Positions 33,578 to 42,020 of a stretch of DNA of 64,000 bases are shown here, piece by piece (position 1 is the first letter of the stretch; the number at the start of each line of letters is the position of its first letter). The translations under genes were made by a program, and so were the position numbers. Source of the stretch: a bacterium. GTDB lineage: Bacteria; Chloroflexota; Dormibacteria; Aeolococcales; Bog-877. The notes below the pieces were generated by a model. That model saw only the letters and a list, made by a program, of their open reading frames with translations. It ran no database searches and was not told the origin of the DNA. Where the stretch lies: contig JAJYXT010000078.1 of assembly GCA_021801645.1 (NCBI GenBank), positions 4,103 to 68,102 on the forward strand. The letters are read 5' to 3'.

Positions 33578-34509
33578 TCGGGGCGGTGATCAACCTCTGG
33601 AACCCGGTGCACGTAACCGGGCTGGCGATCTTCGTGACCGCGCTGCTCCTGGGCATGGTGCATGGCATCACCCCGGACGAGCACACCTGGCCGATCACCT
33701 TCAGCTACGCCATCGGCAGCTACTCCACCAAGCGTGGGTTCCGATCGGGACTGATCTTCTCGCTGGCCTTCACCCTGCAGCGCGCCATTGCCGCCGAGCT
33801 CGCCTACCTGGGCTTCAGCCGGATCCTTACCCTGGCGGGCGCCGACTACGCGATCTACGTGGTCGTGGGGATCCTGATGGCCTGGGCTGGGCTGATGATC
33901 GCCAGGCGGAGTCGGCTCCCGTTCCACTTCCACCTGCACATCCCCTGGCTGCAGAAGGATGCCGCCCTGGTGCACTCGGGGCAGGAGTTCCCCACCCCGG
34001 GGTGGGTACAGGACCCCCGGCCCTGGATGCCCGCCGTCCACGGCTTCGTGGCCGGGTGGGGATTCGGTGCGTTCGCCATCATCATCTACACGGTGCTGGC
34101 CCCGGCCATGCCCTCACCATTACTGGGGTGGGTGCCGGGGGCGCTCTTCGGGATCGGGACCACCATCGTCCAGGTGCTGGCGGGCGCCGCCTTCGGCCGT
34201 TATGCCTCGCGGCGCGGACTTCCCCCCGAGGCCGTCCGGCACGTGGCCCTCACGGTCGCCGGACGGACGCTCACCTGGGGAGGGCTGGCCTTCATCGTGG
34301 GCGGAGTCTTCGGCCTAAGCTTCCCCCAGATCGCCAACCTCAGCTTCGCCACCGGAATCCAGGTCCACAACCTGGACCAGATCGGCTTGCCACTCTTCCT
34401 GGTGGTCTTCGCCGTGGTCGGGGTGGGCGTGACCTCCCTGATCCGGGAGACCAGGTCCTGGTCCCGAAGGCAGGCGGCCCAGGTGGCCGGCGCATCCCAT
34501 CCGGCCTGA
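33574..34509 (+). CDS. Polytopic membrane protein, putative transition-metal (Ni/Co-type) transporter
   Basis: ORF 33574..34509. The GTG overlaps the fur stop (GTGA). The TM1 motif GMVHGITPDEHTW resembles H-x4-D-H metal permease signatures. The assignment is tentative. Confidence 0.6.
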   Translation: MIGAVINLWNPVHVTGLAIFVTALLLGMVHGITPDEHTWPITFSYAIGSYSTKRGFRSGLIFSLAFTLQRAIAAELAYLGFSRILTLAGADYAIYVVVGILMAWAGLMIARRSRLPFHFHLHIPWLQKDAALVHSGQEFPTPGWVQDPRPWMPAVHGFVAGWGFGAFAIIIYTVLAPAMPSPLLGWVPGALFGIGTTIVQVLAGAAFGRYASRRGLPPEAVRHVALTVAGRTLTWGGLAFIVGGVFGLSFPQIANLSFATGIQVHNLDQIGLPLFLVVFAVVGVGVTSLIRETRSWSRRQAAQVAGASHPA

Positions 34510-34533
34510 CGGCGGGGCCACTCCTGATCCCGG

Positions 34534-36000
34534 TCAGCCTGCGGAGCTGACCCCCGACCCGACCGCCGGGTCCGGCTCCTCCGCTGCAGGCTCTGGAGCC
34601 AGCGGGCGCTCGACAGGGATGCGCACCTCGAAGGTCGCGCCGCCCCCCTCGGTGGGGCGATACTCGACGGTGCCCTGGTGGGCGGCCACGATGGCGCTCA
34701 CGATCGAAAGGCCGAGGCCGGTGCCGCCGGTCTCGCGCCCCCGGGAGCGGTCGGCTCTGTAGAAGCGCTCGAAGATGCGCGCCGCCACCTCATCAGGAAT
34801 TCCGGGGCCGTGGTCGATCACCTGCACCAGCCCCTGATCCCCCTCAATCCGGGCAGCGATCTCCACCGCTGTTCCCTCCGGGGTGTGGACCACGGCGTTA
34901 CGGACCAGGTTGGTCACCACCTGCCGCAAGCGCGCCTCGTCTCCTTGGACGAGCACAGGGGAGTCCGCGTGTACCCGAATCCGGTGTCGGCGGTCGGCAG
35001 CTGACTGGTCCGCGGCCGAGTCCACCGCCAGCTCGGCCAGGTCCACCGGCTTGCGATCCAGGGGCCGTCCCCGGTCCAGGCGGGCGAGCAGGAGCAGGTC
35101 GTCCACCAGAAGTCCCATCCGGGTGGCCTCGCTCTCGATCCGGCTCATCGCCTTGTCCAGGTCCTCCGGGTTGGAGCGAGCCCCGCGTCGGAAGAGCTCC
35201 GCGTACCCGCGGATCGAGCTGAGGGGGGTGCGCAGCTCGTGGGAGGCATCGGCGGCGAACCGGCGCAGACGGGCCTCGGACTCCCGGCGCTCGGCGAAGG
35301 CGCTCTCGATCTGGGCAAGCATCTCATTGAGGCTGATGGCCAGCTGGCCGATCTCGGTCCTCTCGTCCACACCCTGGACGCGCTGACTGAGATCCCCCCC
35401 GGCGATCTTGCGCGCGGTGTCCCGGATCCGCCGCAGCGGGCGGAGGCCCAGGTCTACCAGCCACCAGGCCACCACTCCCAGCGCCACCAGGACCACCGCT
35501 CCCACCAGTACCTCCAGGGTCTCGAGCTGGCTCAAGGTCGCGTCCACCGAGCTGAGCGGCATGGCCACGACGAACGGCTCCTCCGGACCGCCGGCAACCT
35601 GCACCCCGACCAACAGCCCTCGGAACGTGACCCCGCCACGATTCCCGGGAGCCGTGAAGAAATAGGGAGAAGCGGGTACGCTGCCGGCGAGGACCGAGGC
35701 CGGCAGGACCGGGCGGGGGGTGGTCTGCGCCGAGCCCCAGACCACCCCCTCCTGGCTCCCACCCGGCCCGATGAACGCCGCATAGCTGCCCTCCGGCAGG
35801 GCGGTGCTGGTGGGGCAGTCGTTGTGGGTCACCTGGGAGATGACGCAGGTCCGGGCCGAGTCGACGGACTGGAGCAGGTCCTGCTCCAGCCGATTCCAGA
35901 GAGATGACTGGAGCGCCACGTAGGTGACGGTGTCGGTGGCGACCAGCCCGGCTGCCACCAGGGCGATCAGGGCCAGGAGGAGCCGGAAGCGGAGGGTCAC
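34534..36000 (-). CDS. HAMP/HisKA/HATPase sensor histidine kinase (MtrB/MprB-like)
   Basis: In ORF 34534..36144. GTG at 36000 lies 2 nt after the regulator stop. H-box FAADASHELRTPLSSIRGY. ATPase VIDHGPGIP, GGTGLGLSIV. Confidence 0.85.
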   Translation of the reverse strand: MTLRFRLLLALIALVAAGLVATDTVTYVALQSSLWNRLEQDLLQSVDSARTCVISQVTHNDCPTSTALPEGSYAAFIGPGGSQEGVVWGSAQTTPRPVLPASVLAGSVPASPYFFTAPGNRGGVTFRGLLVGVQVAGGPEEPFVVAMPLSSVDATLSQLETLEVLVGAVVLVALGVVAWWLVDLGLRPLRRIRDTARKIAGGDLSQRVQGVDERTEIGQLAISLNEMLAQIESAFAERRESEARLRRFAADASHELRTPLSSIRGYAELFRRGARSNPEDLDKAMSRIESEATRMGLLVDDLLLLARLDRGRPLDRKPVDLAELAVDSAADQSAADRRHRIRVHADSPVLVQGDEARLRQVVTNLVRNAVVHTPEGTAVEIAARIEGDQGLVQVIDHGPGIPDEVAARIFERFYRADRSRGRETGGTGLGLSIVSAIVAAHQGTVEYRPTEGGGATFEVRIPVERPLAPEPAAEEPDPAVGSGVSSAG

Positions 36001-36002
36001 TC

Positions 36003-36695
36003 TCAGCCCCGGGGCAACCGCAGAACATACCCCATGCCCCGCACCGTGTGGATGAGCGGCGGACCGAAGGCGTCCACCTTCTTGCGGAGGTAGCTGATGT
36101 AGGTCTCCAGGATCCCGGCGTCGCCGCCAAAGTCGTAACTCCACACGTGGTCGAGGATCTGGGCCCGGGTGAGCACCCGGCGGGCGTTGATGAGCAGGTA
36201 GCGGAGAAGGCGATACTCGGTGGCCGTCAGCTCAATCCCGTGCTCCCCCCGGCGCACCTCGCGCAGGTCCTCGTCCATCTCCAGGTCAGCGAAGGTGAGG
36301 ATGTTGCGGCTCTCCTGGCGGTGACCGCTGCGCCTCAGGATCACCCGCACCCGGGCGATCAGCTCGTCGAGGCTGAACGGCTTGGTGACGTAGTCATCCC
36401 CCCCGACCGTGAGCCCACGAACCTTGTCCTCGGTCGCGTCCTTGGCGGTGAGGAAGAGGATGGGCACGTCGACCCCGTTCGCTGCCAGAGTCCGGGCAAC
36501 CTCGAAGCCGTCCTGATCAGGAAGCATCACGTCCAGGATCACCAGGTGAGGCTTGAACTGCCGAACCTTGTCCAGGGCCTCCCTGGCGCTGCGCGCCGTC
36601 TCGGTGTCGAAGTCGGCGTAGCGGAGTGCCGTGGAGACCAACTCAACCAGGTTGAGCTCGTCGTCCACCACCAGCACCCGGGTGCGCTCGTCCAC
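36003..36695 (-). CDS. OmpR/PhoB-family response regulator
   Basis: ORF 36003..36695. RVLVVDDE, LVILDVMLPDQDG, winged-helix LTATEYRLLRYL...VRGMGYVL. Confidence 0.9.
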   Translation of the reverse strand: MDERTRVLVVDDELNLVELVSTALRYADFDTETARSAREALDKVRQFKPHLVILDVMLPDQDGFEVARTLAANGVDVPILFLTAKDATEDKVRGLTVGGDDYVTKPFSLDELIARVRVILRRSGHRQESRNILTFADLEMDEDLREVRRGEHGIELTATEYRLLRYLLINARRVLTRAQILDHVWSYDFGGDAGILETYISYLRKKVDAFGPPLIHTVRGMGYVLRLPRG

Positions 36696-37020
36696 GCGCG
36701 AATTGTGGACCGGCTTGCTGAGAGTTACCTGGGTGGCCCCTGAGCCGGCCTCGCGCGGTCTCCGAGCAAACTCTCAGGCTGGACACAGGGCACCCCAAGG
36801 TCAGGGGCCCAGAGTGACAGGTGTCGCCGGCACGGGCCCAGCGGGCCGGTCCGGCGGCAGCCCTATCCTTCCCTCCCCGCAGCGGCCCGGCACCAGCCGG
36901 GTCGCTGTATTTTTGTGCCCCGTTCTACTCCTGGGCACGGGTGGAATCCCCCTTCCCCCGGGGCGTGCGATCGCCCGGGTAGTCCCCTCCAGGCGCTCCT
37001 AGGCTGGAGTGTGAGGGGCG

Positions 37021-37464
37021 GTGCCGCCACCCAAAGAGCGGGGGAGTCGCGTGCTGCTGATCTGGGTGGTCCTGGTGCTGGCCGCGACATGCCACGAGGC
37101 CGGCCACTACCTGGTCCTGCGCCACTTCGCGGCTCGTCCCAGTCCGACCCTGGGCATCCTCGGCCCGGGATGGGAATTCGAGTCCGGCCACCTGAGCCGA
37201 CGGCAGCTGCGCCTGGTATGGGCCGCGGGTCCGTTGGCGGAGTCCCTGGTGTGGGGATCCGCGGCGATGGTCGCCCCCGGTTCGGCGGGCCTGCTGCTCT
37301 CGCTGCTCTTGCTTCAGCTGCTGGCCAACACGCTGCTTCCCGGCAGTGACGGATGGAAGGTCGTCGATCCGAGGATCGGCCGCCAGCAACGGTTCCCCTT
37401 GGCCGCCCCGGGGCCGCGGGGGCCCGGACCCTACTCCAGCCGTCCCCGGCTCAGACCCGTCTGA
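37021..37464 (+). CDS. Minimal M50/site-2-protease-like membrane metallopeptidase (147 aa)
   Basis: ORF 37021..37464. HExxH (CHEAGHYLV) and the M50-type second motif N-x2-P-x2-DG (ANTLLPGSDGW). High GC3. Confidence 0.55.
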   Translation: MPPPKERGSRVLLIWVVLVLAATCHEAGHYLVLRHFAARPSPTLGILGPGWEFESGHLSRRQLRLVWAAGPLAESLVWGSAAMVAPGSAGLLLSLLLLQLLANTLLPGSDGWKVVDPRIGRQQRFPLAAPGPRGPGPYSSRPRLRPV

Positions 37465-37474
37465 GCGCGTGAGG

Positions 37475-38389
37475 TCACCCCCAGAGCGCCTCCACCGAAA
37501 GGTACCGCTCGCCGCTGTCGTAGGTGAAGGTGAGGACCCGGGCACCGTCCGCCATCTGCGGCTCCAGCGACGCCACCGCGGCGAGCGAGGCCCCCGAGGA
37601 GATCCCCACCAAGACGCCCTCCTCTCGCGCCGACCGCCGCGCATAGGCGAACGCGTCATCCGCTGACACCTGGATCACCCCGTCGAGAAGGTCCTGGCGC
37701 ATGACCCCGGGCACGAAGCCGGCGCCGATCCCCTGGATCGGGTGGGGGCTGTGGGTGCCGCCCGACAGCACCGGCGACAGGGCCGGCTCGACCGCATAAA
37801 CCTTGAGCCCAGGCCAGCTCTGCTTCAGCACCTCGGCGCAGCCGGAGATATGCCCCCCGGTGCCGACTCCGGTGACCAGGTAGTCCAGCCCCTCAGGGAA
37901 GTCCGCCGCGATCTCCGCGGCGGTGGTCCGGCGGTGGACCTCGACGTTGGCCGGATTGTCGAACTGCATCGGCATCCAGGCATCGGGGACCTCCTCCACC
38001 AGCTCACGGGCCCGGGCGATCGCCCCCCGCATCCCCAGCTCCCTTGGCGTGAGTTCGATCTCGGCCCCATAGGCCGCCATCAGCTTGCGCCGCTCGATGG
38101 AGAAAGACTCGGGCATCACCAGGATCAGGCGGTACCCCTTCACCGCAGCCACCAGGGCGAGGCCGATGCCGGTGTTCCCCGATGTGGGTTCGACGATGAC
38201 CGATCCGGAGCCGAGGAGCCCGCTACGCTCCGCGTCCTCGACCATGGCGAGGGCGATCCGGTCCTTGATGCTGCCCCCGGGGTTGACCCGCTCCTGCTTG
38301 AACCAGACCGTCACCCGGCGGTCGAAGAGGTGGTTGATACGCACCACCGGGGTTCTGCCGATGGTTTCGAGAATGCTTTCGGCTCTCAC
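37475..38389 (-). CDS. cysK: Cysteine synthase A (O-acetylserine sulfhydrylase)
   Basis: ORF 37475..38389. PLP Lys context [25 protein letters not shown]. Confidence 0.95.
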   Translation of the reverse strand: MRAESILETIGRTPVVRINHLFDRRVTVWFKQERVNPGGSIKDRIALAMVEDAERSGLLGSGSVIVEPTSGNTGIGLALVAAVKGYRLILVMPESFSIERRKLMAAYGAEIELTPRELGMRGAIARARELVEEVPDAWMPMQFDNPANVEVHRRTTAAEIAADFPEGLDYLVTGVGTGGHISGCAEVLKQSWPGLKVYAVEPALSPVLSGGTHSPHPIQGIGAGFVPGVMRQDLLDGVIQVSADDAFAYARRSAREEGVLVGISSGASLAAVASLEPQMADGARVLTFTYDSGERYLSVEALWG

Positions 38390-38420
38390 ATTGCCTCCTC
38401 GGCCCGGGTTGCGGCCGTGC

Positions 38421-39257
38421 TCAGATGACGAAGTCGGGCGGGTCCAGCAGATCCTCCACCTGGCGGACCCGGACCTGACTGGAATGGTAGACGAGGGAAT
38501 ACGGGCCCACGCTGCTGGTCAGCCAGACGTTGCCGCCCACCACGCTGTCATGGCCCACCACGGTCTCGCCCCCCAGAACGGTGGCATTGGCGTAGATCAC
38601 CACCCGGTCCTCGATGGTGGGGTGGCGTTTGGTGCCGCTGGCGTCCTTGGCCACGCTGAGCGCTCCCAGGGTGACCCCCTGGTAGAGCTTGACGTCGTCA
38701 CCGATGACCGCTGTCTCCCCCACCACGATCCCGGTCCCGTGGTCGATGCAGAGTGCTCGGCCGATGGAGGCGCCCGGATGGATGTCGATGCCGGTCCGGG
38801 CGTGCGCCACCTCGGCGAACAGCCTGGGGAGCACCGGGAGACCCTCATGGTGGAGGTGGTGGGCGATGCGGTAGGTACCCATGGCCAGGAAGCCGGGATA
38901 GGCGGAGATCACCTCGTCCAAACTCTCGGCGGCGGGATCCCCGGCCAGGATCGCCTCGGCATCCCGGGCCACCTGGTCTCTGATCACTCCTAGAGACGAG
39001 AACAGCTGCTGGGAGACCATCCGTCCGCGGTCATCGTCCACCATCCCCCGCACCAGTTCGCACAGTCGGAGCTGGAGACCTTCGAGCCCAGCCAGAATGT
39101 CTCCCCGGTCCCGGATGGCCGTCGCTGCCAGCTGGGGGAAGAGGAGCCCCAGGAGGTCGTCCATCCACCCCTCCACCTCCCGGCGAAGGGGTATCCCCCG
39201 ACTGCCGTCGCGGTGCGCGGCGGTTAGGTCACGGACCAGGTCGGGATCTGCGTCCAC
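38421..39257 (-). CDS. cysE: Serine O-acetyltransferase
   Basis: ORF 38421..39257. Hexapeptide repeats [40 protein letters not shown]. Upstream of cysK. Confidence 0.9.
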   Translation of the reverse strand: MDADPDLVRDLTAAHRDGSRGIPLRREVEGWMDDLLGLLFPQLAATAIRDRGDILAGLEGLQLRLCELVRGMVDDDRGRMVSQQLFSSLGVIRDQVARDAEAILAGDPAAESLDEVISAYPGFLAMGTYRIAHHLHHEGLPVLPRLFAEVAHARTGIDIHPGASIGRALCIDHGTGIVVGETAVIGDDVKLYQGVTLGALSVAKDASGTKRHPTIEDRVVIYANATVLGGETVVGHDSVVGGNVWLTSSVGPYSLVYHSSQVRVRQVEDLLDPPDFVI

Positions 39258-39360
39258 ACCCCGATTCTCCCAGCCGCGGCCAGCTTGACGCCGACGGGCC
39301 CCGAGACGCCCGGTTGCCTGGGGGCTTGATCGGACCGGCTATCATCGACCACGACGACTT

Positions 39361-39435
39361 GGGGCCGTGGCGCAGCGGCAGCGCGCTTCCTTGGCATGGA
39401 AGAGGTCGCGGGTTCAATTCCCGCCGGCTCCACCA
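39361..39435 (+). tRNA. tRNA-Ala (anticodon GGC), CCA encoded
   Basis: Folded by hand. Acceptor GGGGCCG/CGGCTCC with G3:U70. Anticodon stem CTTCC/GGAAG, loop TTGGCAT. T-arm GCGGG-TTCAATT-CCCGC. Confidence 0.9.
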
Positions 39436-39530
39436 TCGGAGCGTATCCGTGCTGCTGGTCCCGAACTCGCGGCGGTCCGGAGGGCCGCCAATCCCGCAAG
39501 CACGGCCGACCACCGTTGACAGTGGCGGAC

Positions 39531-39878
39531 TCAGCGTCCGTCGTCCTCCCCCCCGAGGGCAGGCGAACTGGCGCCCATCTCCGGGATATCGATCAGACGC
39601 CGCCAGCTGCCATCGGCCTGGCGACGGACAACTTGGACTCTGAGGCCGACCCCGTCGGCGCGAATCGTCGATGTGAGCGCGATGCCGCCGCAGGCCACCG
39701 TGGGCAGGGCGGGCTCGAGAGTGATGGGAACGCCAGCATCAATGATCGAGGCCCAGATCGCCCGGATGGCATCACGGCCCTGGCTCAGCCGGCCCGGGGG
39801 GAAGGCGATGACAGCGTCGGGCTCGTAGAGGCTGGCTAGGCCGTCGGCATCGCCGGCCGCCACCAGCTCCACGAACAT
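39531..39878 (-). CDS. SnoaL/NTF2-like (DUF4440-type) small protein
   Basis: In ORF 39531..40031. ATG 39878 (MFVELVAAGDADGLASLYEPDAVIAFPPG...). The start is uncertain. Confidence 0.55.
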   Translation of the reverse strand: MFVELVAAGDADGLASLYEPDAVIAFPPGRLSQGRDAIRAIWASIIDAGVPITLEPALPTVACGGIALTSTIRADGVGLRVQVVRRQADGSWRRLIDIPEMGASSPALGGEDDGR

Positions 39879-40037
39879 GGTGCGCAGGTCGTCGGGATGT
39901 TGGGCTCGGGGATTCGGGGTCTGCAACGCTCGTCCTCCTTGGTTAGCTGCGATGGACAATCGACCTGGAGCCAGCCCCTGCCGGGCTAGCCGGGCGGGGT
40001 GGCCACGGAGGATCAGTGTCTCCCACTCCACCGACTC

Positions 40038-40811
40038 GTTGTGCAGGCGCCAGGCGGTGAGGTCCTCGCGGTGCCGGTGGATGGCGAGAGACTCCAGGTG
40101 TCACATCTGTATGGACGCGACGACTGCCCGGTGGTGGTCACGTCCAACCGGCAGCACCCCACCGGGGCCGTCTTAAGCCCCCAGCGGCGGGCTCAGCTCT
40201 TGGCCTGGGCGCGCCGCACTCGAGCGCTGATCCTCGAAGACGAATACGACAGCGGATTCCGGTACGTCCGGCGCCGGGTCTGCGCGCTCCAGAGCTTGGA
40301 CCCGGAGGTGGTGTATACGCCGGAACCCCTTCCAAGACACTGTCCCCGGCAGTGCGCCTGGGCTGGCTGGTCGTCCCGAAAGCGCGAGTGTCAGCGGTGG
40401 TGGAGGAGAAGTCCCACGCGGACTGGCAGCGTGGAGTCCTCGAGCAGCTGACCTTCGCGGAGTTCCTGCGGAGCGGGGCCTGCGACCGCCACGTGCGCCG
40501 GATGCGCCTCGGCTACCGGCAAAGGCGCGACGCTGTGGTTCGCTCCCTGGCTCGGGTCCGACCCGACCTTCAGGTGGTCGGAGCCTAGGCGGGGCTAGAC
40601 CTCCTGGTACCGGTCGCCGCCCCCAGCGTGGAGGCCTCCACCATCGCCGCGGCCGCCGTATTGGGCATCGGCCTCGGCGGATTGGCCGGCCGGCGGGTTT
40701 TACCACGGGGCCGCCGGCGCGGCGTTGGTGATCGGCTACGGCGCCACCTTGGAGTCCACCTTCACCCGCGGCGCGCAGGCGCTCTCGGCCGTATTCACAG
40801 GGGCGAGGTAA
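40038..40811 (+). pseudogene. Decayed MocR/PLP-aminotransferase-domain gene: 5'-truncated, at least 3 frameshifts and an in-frame TAG
   Basis: Homology is spread over three frames. LAVPVDGERL...VVVTSNRQHPTGAVLSPQRRAQLLAWA...ILEDEYDSGFRY. Then GTPSKTLSPAVRLGWLVVP...HVRRMRLGYRQRRDAV...VVGA-TAG-AGLDLLV. Then FYHGAAGAALVIGYGA to the stop at 40811. Confidence 0.75.
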
Positions 40812-41009
40812 CCCTGGTGGAAGGGCCGAGGCCACGGGTGCGCTCAGGGGATGAGGGACAGGAATCGCTCGCCCGTCGGCGACCAGCCCGGCATGGGCGA
40901 AGGAAGGTCGGGACGGGACCGCGACGGCGGGCGGGAGTTCAAGGCCTCCAGTTCCCGGGCGAGGTGCACGGCCCGCCTCCCAGAGACTCGAAGCCGGGCT
41001 GGCCCGCCG

Positions 41010-41510
41010 CTATCCGGCGCTGGCCGTGGCGAAGGCTCCGCTCAGCTTCTCCCAGGTGGCGTCGAGGTGCTCAGGAACCACCTTCACGTCTGCCAGAACG
41101 GGCATGAAGTTGGTATCTCCGGACCAGCGAGGCACCAGGTGGAAGTGGAGGTGGGTGTCGATCCCCGCCCCCGCCACCCGCCCCTGGTTCCAGCCCCCGT
41201 TGAAGCCGTCGCAGCCCAGTTCGGCCTGAAGGACCCGGGTCGCCAGCTGCAGCTGGGCCACCACGTCCGCAAGTTCAGCGGCGTCCAGGGCTGCCAGATC
41301 GCCGCCGTGCGAGTGAGGAGCGACCATGAGGTGCCCGGGGTTGTAGGGGAAGCGATTGAGCATGACCAGGGAGCGCGCCGCCCGGTGCACCACCAAGGAC
41401 TCCCGGTCCCCAGCCTCCAAGGCCCGGCAGAAGATGCACTCAGCGGACGGCTGGGAGTCGGTCACCCTGTCGATGTAGACCATCCGCCATGGCGCCCATA
41501 GGGTATCCAT
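41010..41510 (-). CDS. HIT-family nucleotide hydrolase/phosphorylase
   Basis: ORF 41010..41510. Histidine triad HLHFHLVPRW. NRFPYNPGHLMV. Confidence 0.9.
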   Translation of the reverse strand: MDTLWAPWRMVYIDRVTDSQPSAECIFCRALEAGDRESLVVHRAARSLVMLNRFPYNPGHLMVAPHSHGGDLAALDAAELADVVAQLQLATRVLQAELGCDGFNGGWNQGRVAGAGIDTHLHFHLVPRWSGDTNFMPVLADVKVVPEHLDATWEKLSGAFATASAG

Positions 41511-41535
41511 GAGCTCCTCCCCAATTCGGCCGAAG

Positions 41536-41565
41536 TTGACGCGCCGCCCGGCGCCCCCTTAGACT
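41536..41565 (+). promoter_or_regulatory. Candidate promoter TTGACG-18-TAGACT upstream of the bS22 mini-gene
   Basis: TTGACG at 41536-41541, TAGACT at 41560-41565. This is about 75 nt upstream of the GTG at 41640. Confidence 0.4.
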
Positions 41566-41639
41566 ACCGAGGTCCCCGGGCAGCCGCGTGGAGTGCTGTC
41601 CCAGATCCGCCTGTCGGCGCTTGTGAGGTGCTCTTCTTC

Positions 41640-41735
41640 GTGGGTTCGGTGATCAAGAAGCGGCGCAAGAAGATGCGCAAGCACAAGCACAAGAAGATGC
41701 TCAAGAAGACCCGCTGGCAGCGCCGCGGGAGCTGA
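41640..41735 (+). CDS. bS22-type mini ribosomal protein (AURKAIP1/COX24-like), 31 aa
   Basis: Too short for the ORF track. GTG GGT TCG GTG ATC AAG AAG... translates to (M)GSVIKKRRKKMRKHKHKKMLKKTRWQRRGS, then TGA at 41733-41735. This is close to the mycobacterial GSVIKKRRKRM..KKKHRKLL..TR.QRR pattern as I recall it. Confidence 0.8.
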   Translation: MGSVIKKRRKKMRKHKHKKMLKKTRWQRRGS

Positions 41736-41791
41736 TCCTCTCTCCCCTTACGTAAGGCTGGCAGCGGCGGAGCGGGTCTATACTGCCCCCG

Positions 41792-41867
41792 GGGGCGATA
41801 GCTCAGCTGGCAGAGCGCTGCTTTCGCACGGCAGAGGTCAGGGGTTCAAGTCCCCTTCGCTCCACCA
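41792..41867 (+). tRNA. tRNA-Ala (anticodon CGC), CCA encoded
   Basis: Folded by hand. Acceptor GGGGCGA/TCGCTCC with G3:U70. D-arm GCTC-AGCTGGCA-GAGC. Anticodon loop TTCGCAC. T-arm AGGGG-TTCAAGT-CCCCT. TATACT lies 7 nt upstream. Confidence 0.9.
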
Positions 41868-42020
41868 CGACTCAGATTGGTGCCGCCGGGAGGGTGAACG
41901 GTCGCTAGTCCAGGTGCTGGGCGGCCTCGGCCCTCCCAACCCACCTGCAGGTGACTGTTCGCGGGCGAGACGCCCAGGAGTCAGCCGGCGAAGCTGTCCT
42001 GGAGCTGGGGGCTCCGGTGC

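Noticed and set aside
41746-41757. Perfect 12-bp palindrome CCTTACGTAAGG just after the bS22 stop
   Set aside because: It is too short, has no loop for a terminator hairpin, and has no T-tract. It may be a chance palindrome or a restriction-like site, and nothing nearby supports a function.
39436-42020. Integrated mobile element or prophage next to the two tRNA-Ala genes
   Set aside because: No integrase, recombinase or phage-like ORFs are present, and no direct repeats of the tRNA 3' ends were visible. Only a decayed MocR-type gene suggests past turnover.
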